A DNA stretch of 64,000 bases from an uncultured Desulfatitalea sp. (lineage in GTDB: Bacteria; Desulfobacterota; Desulfobacteria; Desulfobacterales; Desulfosarcinaceae). The DNA is taken from contig CAXXMB010000002.1 in the NCBI GenBank assembly GCA_963668675.2, positions 1-64,000 on the forward strand. Reading direction: 5' to 3'. The position numbers and the translations under genes were made by a program. The notes beneath the pieces are model-generated. The model did no database searches, was not told where the DNA came from, and saw only the letters and a list, made by a program, of their open reading frames with translations. Below, one piece after another: positions 19,847 through 29,621 of this stretch (its first letter is position 1; each line of letters opens with the position of its first letter).

Positions 19847-20036
19847 GGAAAGCCGTTACCCACTTCTTGCAATGAAAATGCCTAAGCCTCGCCAAACCCA
19901 AAAATCAGTTGTTTTTAATATAAATTTAGGTCGTTAATAAGTTTCCCTCGAATTTGCGCAAAATTCAATTTCGCCGAAAATTGGCAACTTTACGTGCCAA
20001 TTTGGGCGCTTTAATAGACGTCTATTTTACGTTCCA
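19823..20036. repeat. 24-bp direct repeat AATAGACGTCTATTTTACGTTCCA, two copies 190 bp apart
   Basis: Exact copies at 19823-19846 and 20013-20036; each contains the palindrome AATAGACGTCTATT. Confidence 0.9.
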
Positions 20037-20052
20037 AGAAAAGGAGGCTTGT

Positions 20053-21290
20053 ATGCATGACTTCAATAACTATCTGGTATCTAAACATTTTACCTTTAAA
20101 AAAGAAAGCCATTTTTACGCATTATGGGTTAAAAAACTGTATGAATTCATCGGAAAAGCAGCCGGCAAAACCCTCGAAAAACAAGATATTGAACGTTATA
20201 TCAACAAGATAACAAAATCACATCAAAAGTGGCAAATCGAGCAGGCCACAGAGGCGATTCGCATCTACCAGTACTATATCAACCAACCCAAAGCGCCCAC
20301 AGTAAGTGCAGATGGCAATATCAAGGCGCAATGGAAGACTGTGGGATTCGAGATGGTCAATATGCTGCGCCTCAAGCAAATGGCGTTACAAACAGAGCGA
20401 ACATACATGCACTGGCTAAGAGATTTTTACCGATTTGTCCGTGGAAAATCCCCTTATTTAATCGACGGCAGCCATGTGAAGCACTATTTAACGTACCTGG
20501 CGGTAGATCGGCATGTGGCGCCCTCCACCCAGAACCAGGCGTTAAATGCCCTGGTATTTTTTTTCGGTATGTTTTGGAAAAGGATCTGGGAAGCATCCAG
20601 GATGCTGTCCGGGCAAAGAAACGACGCAGGCTTCCCGTTGTACTCAGCCAGCAGGAGGTTGCAAAGTTATTAGAGCACCTTCATGGGATACCGCTGCTAA
20701 TTGCCCAAATCCTATACGGTTGCGGGCTTCGCCTGAAGGAGTGCATCAAGCTCAGAGTAAAAGACATCGATTTTGAACGAGAGCGCATCAGGGTATTTGG
20801 CAAAGGCGATAAAGAACGAGAAACGCTGTTGCCGGAGACGACCGTAGATCCGCTCAGGCATCATATCTGCGATATAAAGAAACTATATGAAATCGATAGA
20901 GAACAAAATACCCCAGGCGTAGAACTACCCTTTGCCCTGGAGCGCAAATATCCCAACGCAGGCAAGGAGTGGGGATGGCAATGGATTTTTCCTTCCAATC
21001 GGTTATCTACCGATCCGAGAACTAAAATAATTCGAAGACATCACATCCACCCAAGTGCCCTTCAAAAGCATTTAAAAAGAGCTGCGCAGCGATCCGGAAT
21101 TACCAAGAGGGTTTCAGCGCACACCTTACGCCACAGCTTTGCCACCCACCTAATCGAGAACGGATACGACATTAGAACCGTTCAGGACCTGTTAGGGCAT
21201 TCGAGTTTGAAAACAACCATGATCTACACGCATGTGGCTTCGAAAAACAAAATGGGGGTGAAGAGTCCGCTTGATCATTTGGGAGGGTAG
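20053..21290 (+). pseudogene. intI: Integron integrase with one -1 frameshift at T8 (20557-20564)
   Basis: First frame: TERTYMHWLRDF...VAPSTQNQALNALVFF. Second frame: FRYVL..RRLPVVLS, YGCGLR, GKGDKER, IntI-specific patch LPFALERKYPNAGKEWGWQWIFPS..DPR...RRHH, HTLRHSFATHL, DIRTVQDLLGH, TTMIYTH. AAGGAGG RBS. Confidence 0.93.
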
Positions 21291-21504
21291 GCAGGTGATA
21301 TCGAAGATGGTGATTTCACATTCTCAGGACACAATGTAGAGGATGCTTCCTGAGTGGCAAAAGCATATGTTTTTATGGAAGCAGCAGATGTGTCCATAAC
21401 GGCAGACAGGATTGCAGCTTCTACTGCATTGTTTCCAATTTCGCTGACATCTGAATCTTCATCGAAGGTCATATCTACGATCTTGCTAAAGTAGTAGTAT
21501 ACAT
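21275..21504 (-). pseudogene. Possible DUF302-like gene remnant
   Basis: GAGGTG RBS and ATG at 21504, then after a frameshift YYFSKIVDMTFDE, similar to DUF302 N-termini as recalled. The remainder is degenerate. Confidence 0.35.
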
Positions 21505-21618
21505 ATCAACACCTCAATTCGTTTCAATTGTTTTATCATTACTTCTGTACAATATCTAAAACCACCGATACGCCACATTTGGTCGGAACAGGACCAAAAT
21601 GGATTTTTCAGATAGGCG

Positions 21619-23577
21619 CTAGTGAACCGTGGCCAGGTGCGACTTGGTCGTTGGGGTCTCCTTTCCAGAGTTCTGATGCGGCCCCAGAACACGCTGGATA
21701 TCCTTTCCGTCAATTTTCTCCTTTTCCAACAGCAGCTCGGCCATGGCTTCCAACTCACGTCGATGACCAGCGAGAATCTGTTTGGCCGACTGGTAGGCCG
21801 CATCTATGATCGTTTGGGTTTCACGGTCTATCAGGGCCTCCAGGATCTCCGACCGGCGCTGGGTGGACGGTCCCTGACCCAGAAATGGCGTACGGTTGTT
21901 TTCCACGAGCGACCGGTTAGGCATCTGCTCGCTCATCCCGTATACGGTGAGCATGTTGTGGACGATATCGGCAACCTTCTCCAAATCGTTGGCAGCACCG
22001 GTGGACACCTCGTCGAAAATCAGCTCTTCGGCGGCGCGCCCACCCAAAAGGCCCTTGATCTTACCCAGCAATTCACTGCGCGACATAAGAAAGCGATCTT
22101 CCAGGGGCGTCTGCAGTGTGTACCCCAAAGCGCCGATCCCCCGTGGAATGATGGAGACCTTCTGGACCGGATCGGCACCCGGGGTGAAGTGCCCGACGAT
22201 GGCATGGCCCGATTCATGGAAGGCCACCACCTGTCGCTCGTGCGGGTTGATCAGCTTGTTTTTCTTCTCCAAACCTGCGATGACCCGTTCAATGGCATCC
22301 TGAAAGTCACTCTGGGTGACGGTTTGGCGTTCCTTGCGGGAGGCCAGCAATGCCGCTTCGTTGCAAACATTGGCGATCTCTGCACCGGCAAAGCCTGGCG
22401 TTTCGGCGGCGAGTTTATGAAAATCGACCTGGTCGTGAAGGATTAAATCACGGGTGTGCACAGCAAAAATCTCCATACGCCCGCGCAGATCCGGTCGATC
22501 CACAAGGATTTGACGATCGAAACGTCCAGGCCTCAACAACGCCGGGTCAAGCACCTCTGGGCGGTTGGTGGCCCCCATTATGATGATGCCGGCTTGGGGA
22601 TCGAAACCGTCCATCTCCGTGAGCAACTGGTTGAGGGTGTTTTCCCTTTCGTCGTTGCTGCCGATGGCGATCCCCTGGGAACGGTTCTTGCCCACAGCAT
22701 CCAGTTCGTCAATGAAGATGATGCAGGGCGCCTTGCCTTTGGCATCCTTGAACAGGTCCCGCACACGGGCAGCGCCAACGCCCACGAACATCTCCACGAA
22801 ATCCGAACCGCTCAGGTTGAAGAAGGGCACACCGGCCTCCCCGGCCACGGCCCTGGCGAGCAGCGTTTTTCCCGTTCCCGGAGGCCCAATCAGAAGAATG
22901 CCCTTGGGCAGTTTTGCGCCCAGCCGGGTATATCGTTCCGGACTACTGAGAAACGATACCACCTCCTTGACCTCCTCGACAGCTTCGTCCACGCCAGCCA
23001 CATCCTGAAAGGTGACCTTCCGGGAAGGATCAACTGCATAGATTCGGGCCTTGTTCCTGCCCACGTTCAGGAAGCCGGCCCCCTTACCCATACGCCGAGA
23101 AAGAAAACGACCGAGCAAAATGAATAGGGCCAGCGGCAGGATCCAGTTGGAGAGAAAATTCGCCAACCAATGGGATTCGATCTTGCCCCTGTAGTCCACG
23201 CCATGGGATTGAAGATCGTCGATCAAGTGGGGATCTTCAATCCGGGTGACCACGAACTGCCGCTCCACCTTCTGTTTGTTCTTTTCGTCGGACAGACCGA
23301 AATCCAGATTCCAAGGCGCCTTCTTATGGGGCGGTTGGAACACAGGGGGCGCCGCGTCGGCGCCGTCGGCGGTCGATGAGTTCGATTTTTCCAGTCCGAA
23401 AATGCGGTTCTCTTCCACGATCACGCTCTGGATACGATTGTTGGCCAACAGATCGCGAAATCGGCTGTATGGGATCTCCTTGACCGCAGCGCCGCTGAAG
23501 AAAAGCGATTCCAGAAGAATAACGGAGAATAAGACCATCAAGTAATAACTCAGTGAGAACTTATGCTGTTGTTTCAT
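21619..23577 (-). CDS. ftsH: ATP-dependent zinc metalloprotease FtsH
   Basis: Two TM helices, [41 protein letters not shown] and HESGH. Confidence 0.96.
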   Translation of the reverse strand: MKQQHKFSLSYYLMVLFSVILLESLFFSGAAVKEIPYSRFRDLLANNRIQSVIVEENRIFGLEKSNSSTADGADAAPPVFQPPHKKAPWNLDFGLSDEKNKQKVERQFVVTRIEDPHLIDDLQSHGVDYRGKIESHWLANFLSNWILPLALFILLGRFLSRRMGKGAGFLNVGRNKARIYAVDPSRKVTFQDVAGVDEAVEEVKEVVSFLSSPERYTRLGAKLPKGILLIGPPGTGKTLLARAVAGEAGVPFFNLSGSDFVEMFVGVGAARVRDLFKDAKGKAPCIIFIDELDAVGKNRSQGIAIGSNDERENTLNQLLTEMDGFDPQAGIIIMGATNRPEVLDPALLRPGRFDRQILVDRPDLRGRMEIFAVHTRDLILHDQVDFHKLAAETPGFAGAEIANVCNEAALLASRKERQTVTQSDFQDAIERVIAGLEKKNKLINPHERQVVAFHESGHAIVGHFTPGADPVQKVSIIPRGIGALGYTLQTPLEDRFLMSRSELLGKIKGLLGGRAAEELIFDEVSTGAANDLEKVADIVHNMLTVYGMSEQMPNRSLVENNRTPFLGQGPSTQRRSEILEALIDRETQTIIDAAYQSAKQILAGHRRELEAMAELLLEKEKIDGKDIQRVLGPHQNSGKETPTTKSHLATVH

Positions 23578-23713
23578 GTTGAACTCTCCAAGGATTTTCC
23601 CTGACGATGAAGGCGGCACGCCTTTCCGACGATATCAAGCTTCGGGCATGCCGCCTGTTCATCCCTCAGTTGACGAACTGGACCTAACTTCCAACGGCCG
23701 TTTAGAACAGTTA

Positions 23714-25195
23714 TCAACTGATGGTGACCTTTACGAACCCGCTTTCTCCGGTCCGATGGTCCAGGGCTTTGAACATGACTTGCTGATGGTGCGGCAGGGA
23801 TTTGATCAAGGCCACGAAGCCTTCCACTCCCTGCACAGGCGTGTTGTTGACATTCAGGATGATATCGTCCTTTTCAAACCCGACCGCTTCAAGCGGCCCT
23901 TCCTTATCCAGCGAGGCAATGGCTACCCCCTGCCCCGCGTCAAGTCCATATTCCCGCGTTTCATTGGCTTTGAGAGGCCTCACCACTACCCCGAGGCGAT
24001 CTTCCAGGGAAGCCGCAATCCGGCGCACGGCATCATCCAGACTACCGATGGTAACTTTCAGATCCATGGATTTGCCGTCCCGGAAAACAGTCAAACCGGC
24101 TGTGTCACCCACCGGTGTATCGCCGACACGGCGCTGCAGTGCGGCAGCATCCTCGATCGGCTGCTCGCTGAACTTGATCACCAGGTCGCCCTTTTTCAGA
24201 CCAGCTTTTTCAGCAGGGCTGTCCGGCACCACCTCGGCAATCAGAGCCCCCTTGTTGTCCTTGCGATGCATCGATTTGACCTGATCCGGTGTGAGGTCAC
24301 GGATACTGACACCCAACCAGCCACGCACCACCTTACCGTGGTCGATCAAGGCCTTGGCCACGTGAACGGCCATATTGCTGGGAATGGCGAAACCGATACC
24401 CTCAAAACCACCCGACTCTGTGGCGATGGCCGCATTGACGCCGACCACCTGTCCTGACAGGTTGAGCAACGGTCCGCCGCTGTTGCCCGGATTGATCGCC
24501 GCATCGGTCTGCAGATAGTCCTGATAGGACGTCGGATCGAGAACCCCGCGTCGATGCTTGGCACTGATAATTCCCTGGGTGACCGTCTGGTCGAGTCCAC
24601 GGGGATGACCGATTGCCACCACCCAGTCCCCCACCTCCATCCGGTCCGAATCACCGAAAGTCACGGCCGGAAGTTTCTCGTCGGCAGCGATGTGGATCAC
24701 GGCCAGGTCGGTCTTGGGATCCGTACCCACCAGTTCAGCCGGGTGCGAAGTACCATCGGCCAGCAGGACATTGATCTCGGTTGCACCGGAAACCACATGG
24801 TTGTTGGTTAAAATGTTGCCATTGCTGTCGATGATCATACCCGTACCGAGGCCTCTCAACACCTGCTTGAACTTTTGAGGTTGCTGCGGTCCGTTGAAAA
24901 AGAAATGGAAAAACGGGTCATTTCCAAAAGGGCGCATTGGGTTGGCAATCTCCCGACGCTGTGTAACGTCGATGTGAACCACGGCCGGAATGGTCTCCTG
25001 AGCCACTTTGGCGATGGCGGTTTTCCAACCCACGTTCGAAGGTTCTACAGCAGTCAGTTCGGAGTGGTTGTCTTTGGCTGCGTGTGCCACCGACATTTCA
25101 CTTGAAGGCGAGTGGCACTGTGTCAGGCCTAATGCCACTACCGCCATCGACACTGCCAGCAGATAACGGAGATGTTTTTTTTCTATAGTTGCCAT
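23714..25195 (-). CDS. degP: Do/DegQ-family serine endoprotease with two PDZ domains
   Basis: TNNHV, DLAV and GNSGGPL triad; two PDZ domains. Start at MATIEKK after AAGGAGG. Confidence 0.93.
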   Translation of the reverse strand: MATIEKKHLRYLLAVSMAVVALGLTQCHSPSSEMSVAHAAKDNHSELTAVEPSNVGWKTAIAKVAQETIPAVVHIDVTQRREIANPMRPFGNDPFFHFFFNGPQQPQKFKQVLRGLGTGMIIDSNGNILTNNHVVSGATEINVLLADGTSHPAELVGTDPKTDLAVIHIAADEKLPAVTFGDSDRMEVGDWVVAIGHPRGLDQTVTQGIISAKHRRGVLDPTSYQDYLQTDAAINPGNSGGPLLNLSGQVVGVNAAIATESGGFEGIGFAIPSNMAVHVAKALIDHGKVVRGWLGVSIRDLTPDQVKSMHRKDNKGALIAEVVPDSPAEKAGLKKGDLVIKFSEQPIEDAAALQRRVGDTPVGDTAGLTVFRDGKSMDLKVTIGSLDDAVRRIAASLEDRLGVVVRPLKANETREYGLDAGQGVAIASLDKEGPLEAVGFEKDDIILNVNNTPVQGVEGFVALIKSLPHHQQVMFKALDHRTGESGFVKVTIS

Positions 25196-25283
25196 GGTAC
25201 CCTCCTTTGACTTTGGAAAAATTTTCCCTTGATGTTGGTTCTGCCTTTGATTTGAAAAATAAACGTGCAGGCCAAGGAAGGGT

Positions 25284-25346
25284 ATAAGCGCGCTTCTGAT
25301 TTTGGTGTAGGACCTGACTGGCATTTTCCGTCAGGTATTGTCCTAC
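25284..25346 (-). promoter_or_regulatory. Array of GTAGG-N7-CTGAC-like sites at a 23-bp period upstream of degP
   Basis: Minus strand GTAGG-ACAATAC-CTGAC (25346-25330), CCTAC 23 bp later, then ATCAG-N7-CTTAT. Matches the layout at 9642-9705. Confidence 0.6.
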
Positions 25347-25779
25347 GGCAATTGAGATTACAAGACGCAACCGGACAACTTCTATATAAGCAATGGAGGG
25401 AACGGATGTAGGGGGAATGTATTTAAATTGATTTGTGAAAATTTGGAGGGGTGGAACCCTCTATTGTACCTCTCGTAACAGGAGAAGGCGGCGATCACAC
25501 GCTATCTTTGCCACACCGATGATGAAACCCCAGGAGGTAATTATTTCACTGCCACGGCCTACCCCTGGAACAGCAGTCTCGGGCATATGGATTTATTCTA
25601 AGGGATGTCGGCAACGATTGACGGTCACATCTCATCCGGCAACCAGTTTCGGGTTGTATTCCAACGATTAGTGGCTTCTTCCCCCAGGCACGAAAGGGGA
25701 AAAGGGGGCAAGTCTGCTCTTTGCGCATCATAAAAGTTAGTGATCTGTAGAGCAGACTCGATCCCATATCCTTGGATTG

Positions 25780-26292
25780 CTATTTATCTATACCCCGCTG
25801 CATACCTCGCAGGTAAGATATTTCCCCGATATGTTGATTGGAATGGGCGATTACAAAAGAAAAAAGCGCCCCCTTGGGCATTTCTCCAAAATTTGGAAAT
25901 GTGACTTTTTCATCTAACGCTTCAACCGTCATGCTTCTTAATATTTCCTTTGTTTTGGCGCGCACCGCATCGAAGTACTCCAAAAGCTTTTTAAATTCAG
26001 GCACTTTAAACGCATTGACCTGATCAACCGTATAATGGGAACCCTCTTCCTCTTTGGGCAACCCGAGTTTCTCATACCATTTTTCAGATTCCCATATTAA
26101 AGGCTTTTTCTGAAGTAAGCCTTGCAGAATCGAGTCTTCAGATCGGGCCAAATGAAAAAGAATCAAACCGATGGAATTGCACCCGGATGCCGGCCGCCAA
26201 CTCACCTCCTCCTGTGTCAGTCCCTCAAGCGCATGCCCCATTGCCATTTTGGTTCCGGAAAACCCAATACCGATATAACGTTGCAATTCCAT
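25780..26292 (-). CDS. DinB family protein
   Basis: WRP..NSIGLILFHLARSED and HSNQHIGEISYLR His motifs. Confidence 0.88.
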   Translation of the reverse strand: MELQRYIGIGFSGTKMAMGHALEGLTQEEVSWRPASGCNSIGLILFHLARSEDSILQGLLQKKPLIWESEKWYEKLGLPKEEEGSHYTVDQVNAFKVPEFKKLLEYFDAVRAKTKEILRSMTVEALDEKVTFPNFGEMPKGALFSFVIAHSNQHIGEISYLRGMQRGIDK

Positions 26293-26374
26293 AATTTTCT
26301 CCTTTTTTGACCTGGATAAAACCATAATCTGAGATTCACACCGTCCCCTATCCCATGTGCCATGCCTGAACCTT

Positions 26375-26470
26375 TATAACTCATCTTTCGGGTTTCGCAA
26401 TATCTACAAACGAAGGTGCAGACCACCCACCGGACTCACCGGATCATGAACCCCGAAAGCCGAGATTATA
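26375..26470. repeat. Shortened copy of the CTTTCGGG...CCCGAAAG miniature element
   Basis: Terminal inverted arms plus internal AAGGTGCAGACCACCCACCGGACTCACCGGAT, shared with 59922-59954. Confidence 0.7.
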
Positions 26471-26579
26471 ATACAAACAAATGTTTGAATCCACATTCAT
26501 CTATTTTCAGACACAGCCGATATATAAGTAGGTATCGGTACTCGCATTGTTATAGACCTGAAGCGGTAAGGAAGGACCC

Positions 26580-27599
26580 ATGAAAATAAAGTGCTCTAGT
26601 TGCCCGAAGGTCCTGGTGATCCCGGATGACCGGATTCCGAAAGACAAAGCCATCGCGTTTCCCTGTCCGGCGTGCGATGCATTGATCAGGATCGATCTCA
26701 GTCAGGAAGCGACGTCGGAACAACGCGCACCCCAGACAGATAGCCAAACGTACCAGTTGACCGGCGAAGACCTGAAACAGCAGATTATCAAAACTGTCGG
26801 CGACCTTCCCCCCATGCCACAGACGGTCATCAAGGCCAGGGAAATCATGCAAGATCCCAAGGCCGGCTTTGGGGAACTGGCGGAACTGTTCGAGGCCGAC
26901 CAGGCCATTGCGGCCAAGATTCTGAAACTGGCCAACTCCCCCTACTACGGCATCTCGGGCGGTGTCTCATCCTTGCAAAAAGCCTCCGTGGTACTGGGCC
27001 AGAAGACCTTGGGTGAGCTGATCACCCTCGGCGGCGTCTCATCGCTTTTGGGCAACCGTTTGGAAGGGTATGGCCTGGATGTGGGCGATCTGTGGAAACA
27101 CAGCCTGGCCGTCGCCTTCGGTTCCAGATTCATTGCGGTTAAAGTCGATGCGGCCATGGAAAGCGACGCCTTTACCACCGGATTGCTTCACGATTCAGGC
27201 AAACTGATTCTGGATCCCTATATCACCGAGCGGTGGTCCGATTTTGAAATGGCCATGGCACAAGAGAACGCCACGTTTCTGCATGCTGAAAAAGCGGTTC
27301 TGCAACTCGATCACCCCGAAATTGCTTCCGAAGTGTGCAATGCCTGGCATATTCCCAAGGCGCTTAGCCACGCCATTCGATACCATCACCATCCGTCCCA
27401 ATCCAATCAGAGCAAACTGGCCTACATCGTCCATGCGGCCGACGCCATTGCACTGATGTCCGGCCTCGGCATCGGGGTCGACGGAACCCGGTATGAGATG
27501 GAATCAGGCACCATGGCATTTCTCGGGTTGCACGAAGATGATCTCGGGGAAATCATGGGACGCGTACTGGGTGCTGTTAAGAAAATTACGCAACAGTAA
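26580..27599 (+). CDS. Zinc-ribbon plus HDOD domain protein
   Basis: CSSC...CPAC, LPPMP, KILKLANSPYYG, LWKHSLAVA and GLLHDSGKL. Confidence 0.9.
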   Translation: MKIKCSSCPKVLVIPDDRIPKDKAIAFPCPACDALIRIDLSQEATSEQRAPQTDSQTYQLTGEDLKQQIIKTVGDLPPMPQTVIKAREIMQDPKAGFGELAELFEADQAIAAKILKLANSPYYGISGGVSSLQKASVVLGQKTLGELITLGGVSSLLGNRLEGYGLDVGDLWKHSLAVAFGSRFIAVKVDAAMESDAFTTGLLHDSGKLILDPYITERWSDFEMAMAQENATFLHAEKAVLQLDHPEIASEVCNAWHIPKALSHAIRYHHHPSQSNQSKLAYIVHAADAIALMSGLGIGVDGTRYEMESGTMAFLGLHEDDLGEIMGRVLGAVKKITQQ

Positions 27600-27660
27600 A
27601 ACAGATTCAACCTTCGGTTGCTCCGGGCGACCACTTTCCAATGGCTTAAGGATGTGACAG

Positions 27661-29313
27661 ATGGCGGACTTCAATGACCAGGATCTTCTGGACGAGATCC
27701 GTTTCGATATAAAGGTAAAGGATTTACGCAAGGCTGAGCTGGTTCTGGCTGCCCTCGGGTACGTCAAGCGGGAGACCCAGAAAAAGGCACTCTTTGAAGT
27801 GAGCCGGTCAGAAGAAGCCTTCTCGATCCCCCTGCTCACAGGGCTGTTTGTAAACTCTCCCAAGATTGCCGCTGCGTTTCCACAGCTCAAGGAGACCATG
27901 TATTCCAAGATTCTCAGCCGACCCGATGTGCTTCAGGATCTGCTGCTGAAGGAGAAAAATCCCGCGGCAAGGGCGTTCCTGGCCATGGTAGCCGGGGAGA
28001 TACAATTGACCAATGCGGCGCCGGTGCTCATGGATATTCTCGGCAGCGAAACGGATCCGAATATCATTCGCACTGCCATTGTCTCGCTCGGCACGATCGG
28101 CGCTTCCGATGCCGTGCCCCAGGTATCCGAGTACCTCAACCATCATGACAGATACCTGTCGACGGCGGCCATCGAGGCGTTGGGCGAAATTGCCACGCCC
28201 GAAGCCATCGACATGCTGGCCAACCGGCTGGGCCATGATCATGAACTGGACCGCGCGATCATCGAGATTTTTTCACAAGCAGAAACGCCGGAAGCCATCG
28301 AAAAGCTCAACGAAACCCTCGAATCGGAACATGCGCATATCCGCACCGCCGGCAAACAGAAACTGAGCGCCATCGGTTCAGTGAGTGTTCGGGTATTGAT
28401 CAAGAACCTCCAGCGGAGCGATCCAGACCTGGTGATTCATTCCCTGAATGTTCTTGGAGATATCGGGGATGCGGCCGCTGTACCGGCCATCCGAAGTCTC
28501 CTGCACAACGAACCCGAAGACGCCAATGTGCGCTTTGCCGCCTATGAAACCCTGGGGCGGCTTCCGGTGGGAAAGGGGGCCTTCGCGCTGGCGGCCGGGC
28601 TGGAGGATCCGGTGGACAATGTGCGCTCCGCTGCCGCAAAGGCCATTGACCGCAATTATAACGCCCTGCTGGCGGGTGGTGTCCGAAACCTGATCACATC
28701 AGGAGACGAGACCGCGGCCCTCATCATGGAAACGGTGATCACTTCCCAATGCGACCTGATCTTTATGGATCTTCTGGAAGAAGAGACGTTCAGAACAGAT
28801 GCCGTTGCGTTTCTCAATAAATCAGCCCATCCGGAACTCCGAAGCTACTATGCCGGGATCTTTTCAGCAAAAGGCCTTGAAGATCTGGCACAGCAAGTGT
28901 CGGCGAAAGCGGAAGCAAAACCACGGACTGCATTAAGGATCTACACGGTTGATGACAGCAAAATGATCCTGAACATCTACCGGACCGTGCTGCACAATCT
29001 GGGATGCGAATCCATCGCTTTCGAGTTCCCGGTGGAAGCGGTCCACAAGGTAAAAGAAGACCGTCCGGATGTGATCATCACAGACCTGAATATGCCCGAA
29101 CTCACAGGGATCGATCTGGCCAGAAAAATCCGCGAGTGGCTACCCAAAGAGAAACTTCCCATCATCATGGTGACAACGCAACAAGAGTCCCAGGACTTCA
29201 AAGATGCATTGGCTGCCGGAATCAATGGCATCATTCACAAGCCGTTTACGGAATCGCAGATCCGCGCAGCACTGAAAAAGTATGCCGGGTACGATGCAGC
29301 GCCCCCGGAGTAA
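27661..29313 (+). CDS. HEAT-repeat protein with C-terminal receiver domain
   Basis: Repeated AI.ALG.I / V..L...L units, then VDDS, TDLNMPE, MVTT and KPF. Confidence 0.88.
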   Translation: MADFNDQDLLDEIRFDIKVKDLRKAELVLAALGYVKRETQKKALFEVSRSEEAFSIPLLTGLFVNSPKIAAAFPQLKETMYSKILSRPDVLQDLLLKEKNPAARAFLAMVAGEIQLTNAAPVLMDILGSETDPNIIRTAIVSLGTIGASDAVPQVSEYLNHHDRYLSTAAIEALGEIATPEAIDMLANRLGHDHELDRAIIEIFSQAETPEAIEKLNETLESEHAHIRTAGKQKLSAIGSVSVRVLIKNLQRSDPDLVIHSLNVLGDIGDAAAVPAIRSLLHNEPEDANVRFAAYETLGRLPVGKGAFALAAGLEDPVDNVRSAAAKAIDRNYNALLAGGVRNLITSGDETAALIMETVITSQCDLIFMDLLEEETFRTDAVAFLNKSAHPELRSYYAGIFSAKGLEDLAQQVSAKAEAKPRTALRIYTVDDSKMILNIYRTVLHNLGCESIAFEFPVEAVHKVKEDRPDVIITDLNMPELTGIDLARKIREWLPKEKLPIIMVTTQQESQDFKDALAAGINGIIHKPFTESQIRAALKKYAGYDAAPPE

Positions 29314-29621
29314 GCCTTTGCGGGGGAGTGATAATTGCGACACAGATCTTAGGAGTTTTTTGTCATCTACCCCATCTCATCACTTCAGATCGGCAAAGGC
29401 CTTTAGGCAGAATCGCTAAAGTGCTCCCTCGTAGAAAGCGATTTCGATGCGATCGTCTTCCGGAATGGGCGTCATGGTATAGGTCCCCGAACGTAGGATA
29501 TTGATATGCCGTTTATGGCCGATTGACAATTCCGGTGCGTTTGGTTACGGTCAGCCACTATTCACCCTCTTTGTTTGTCCTGAATCTCTAACTTCTCTTC
29601 ATCTATACACCAGGTTTCATT

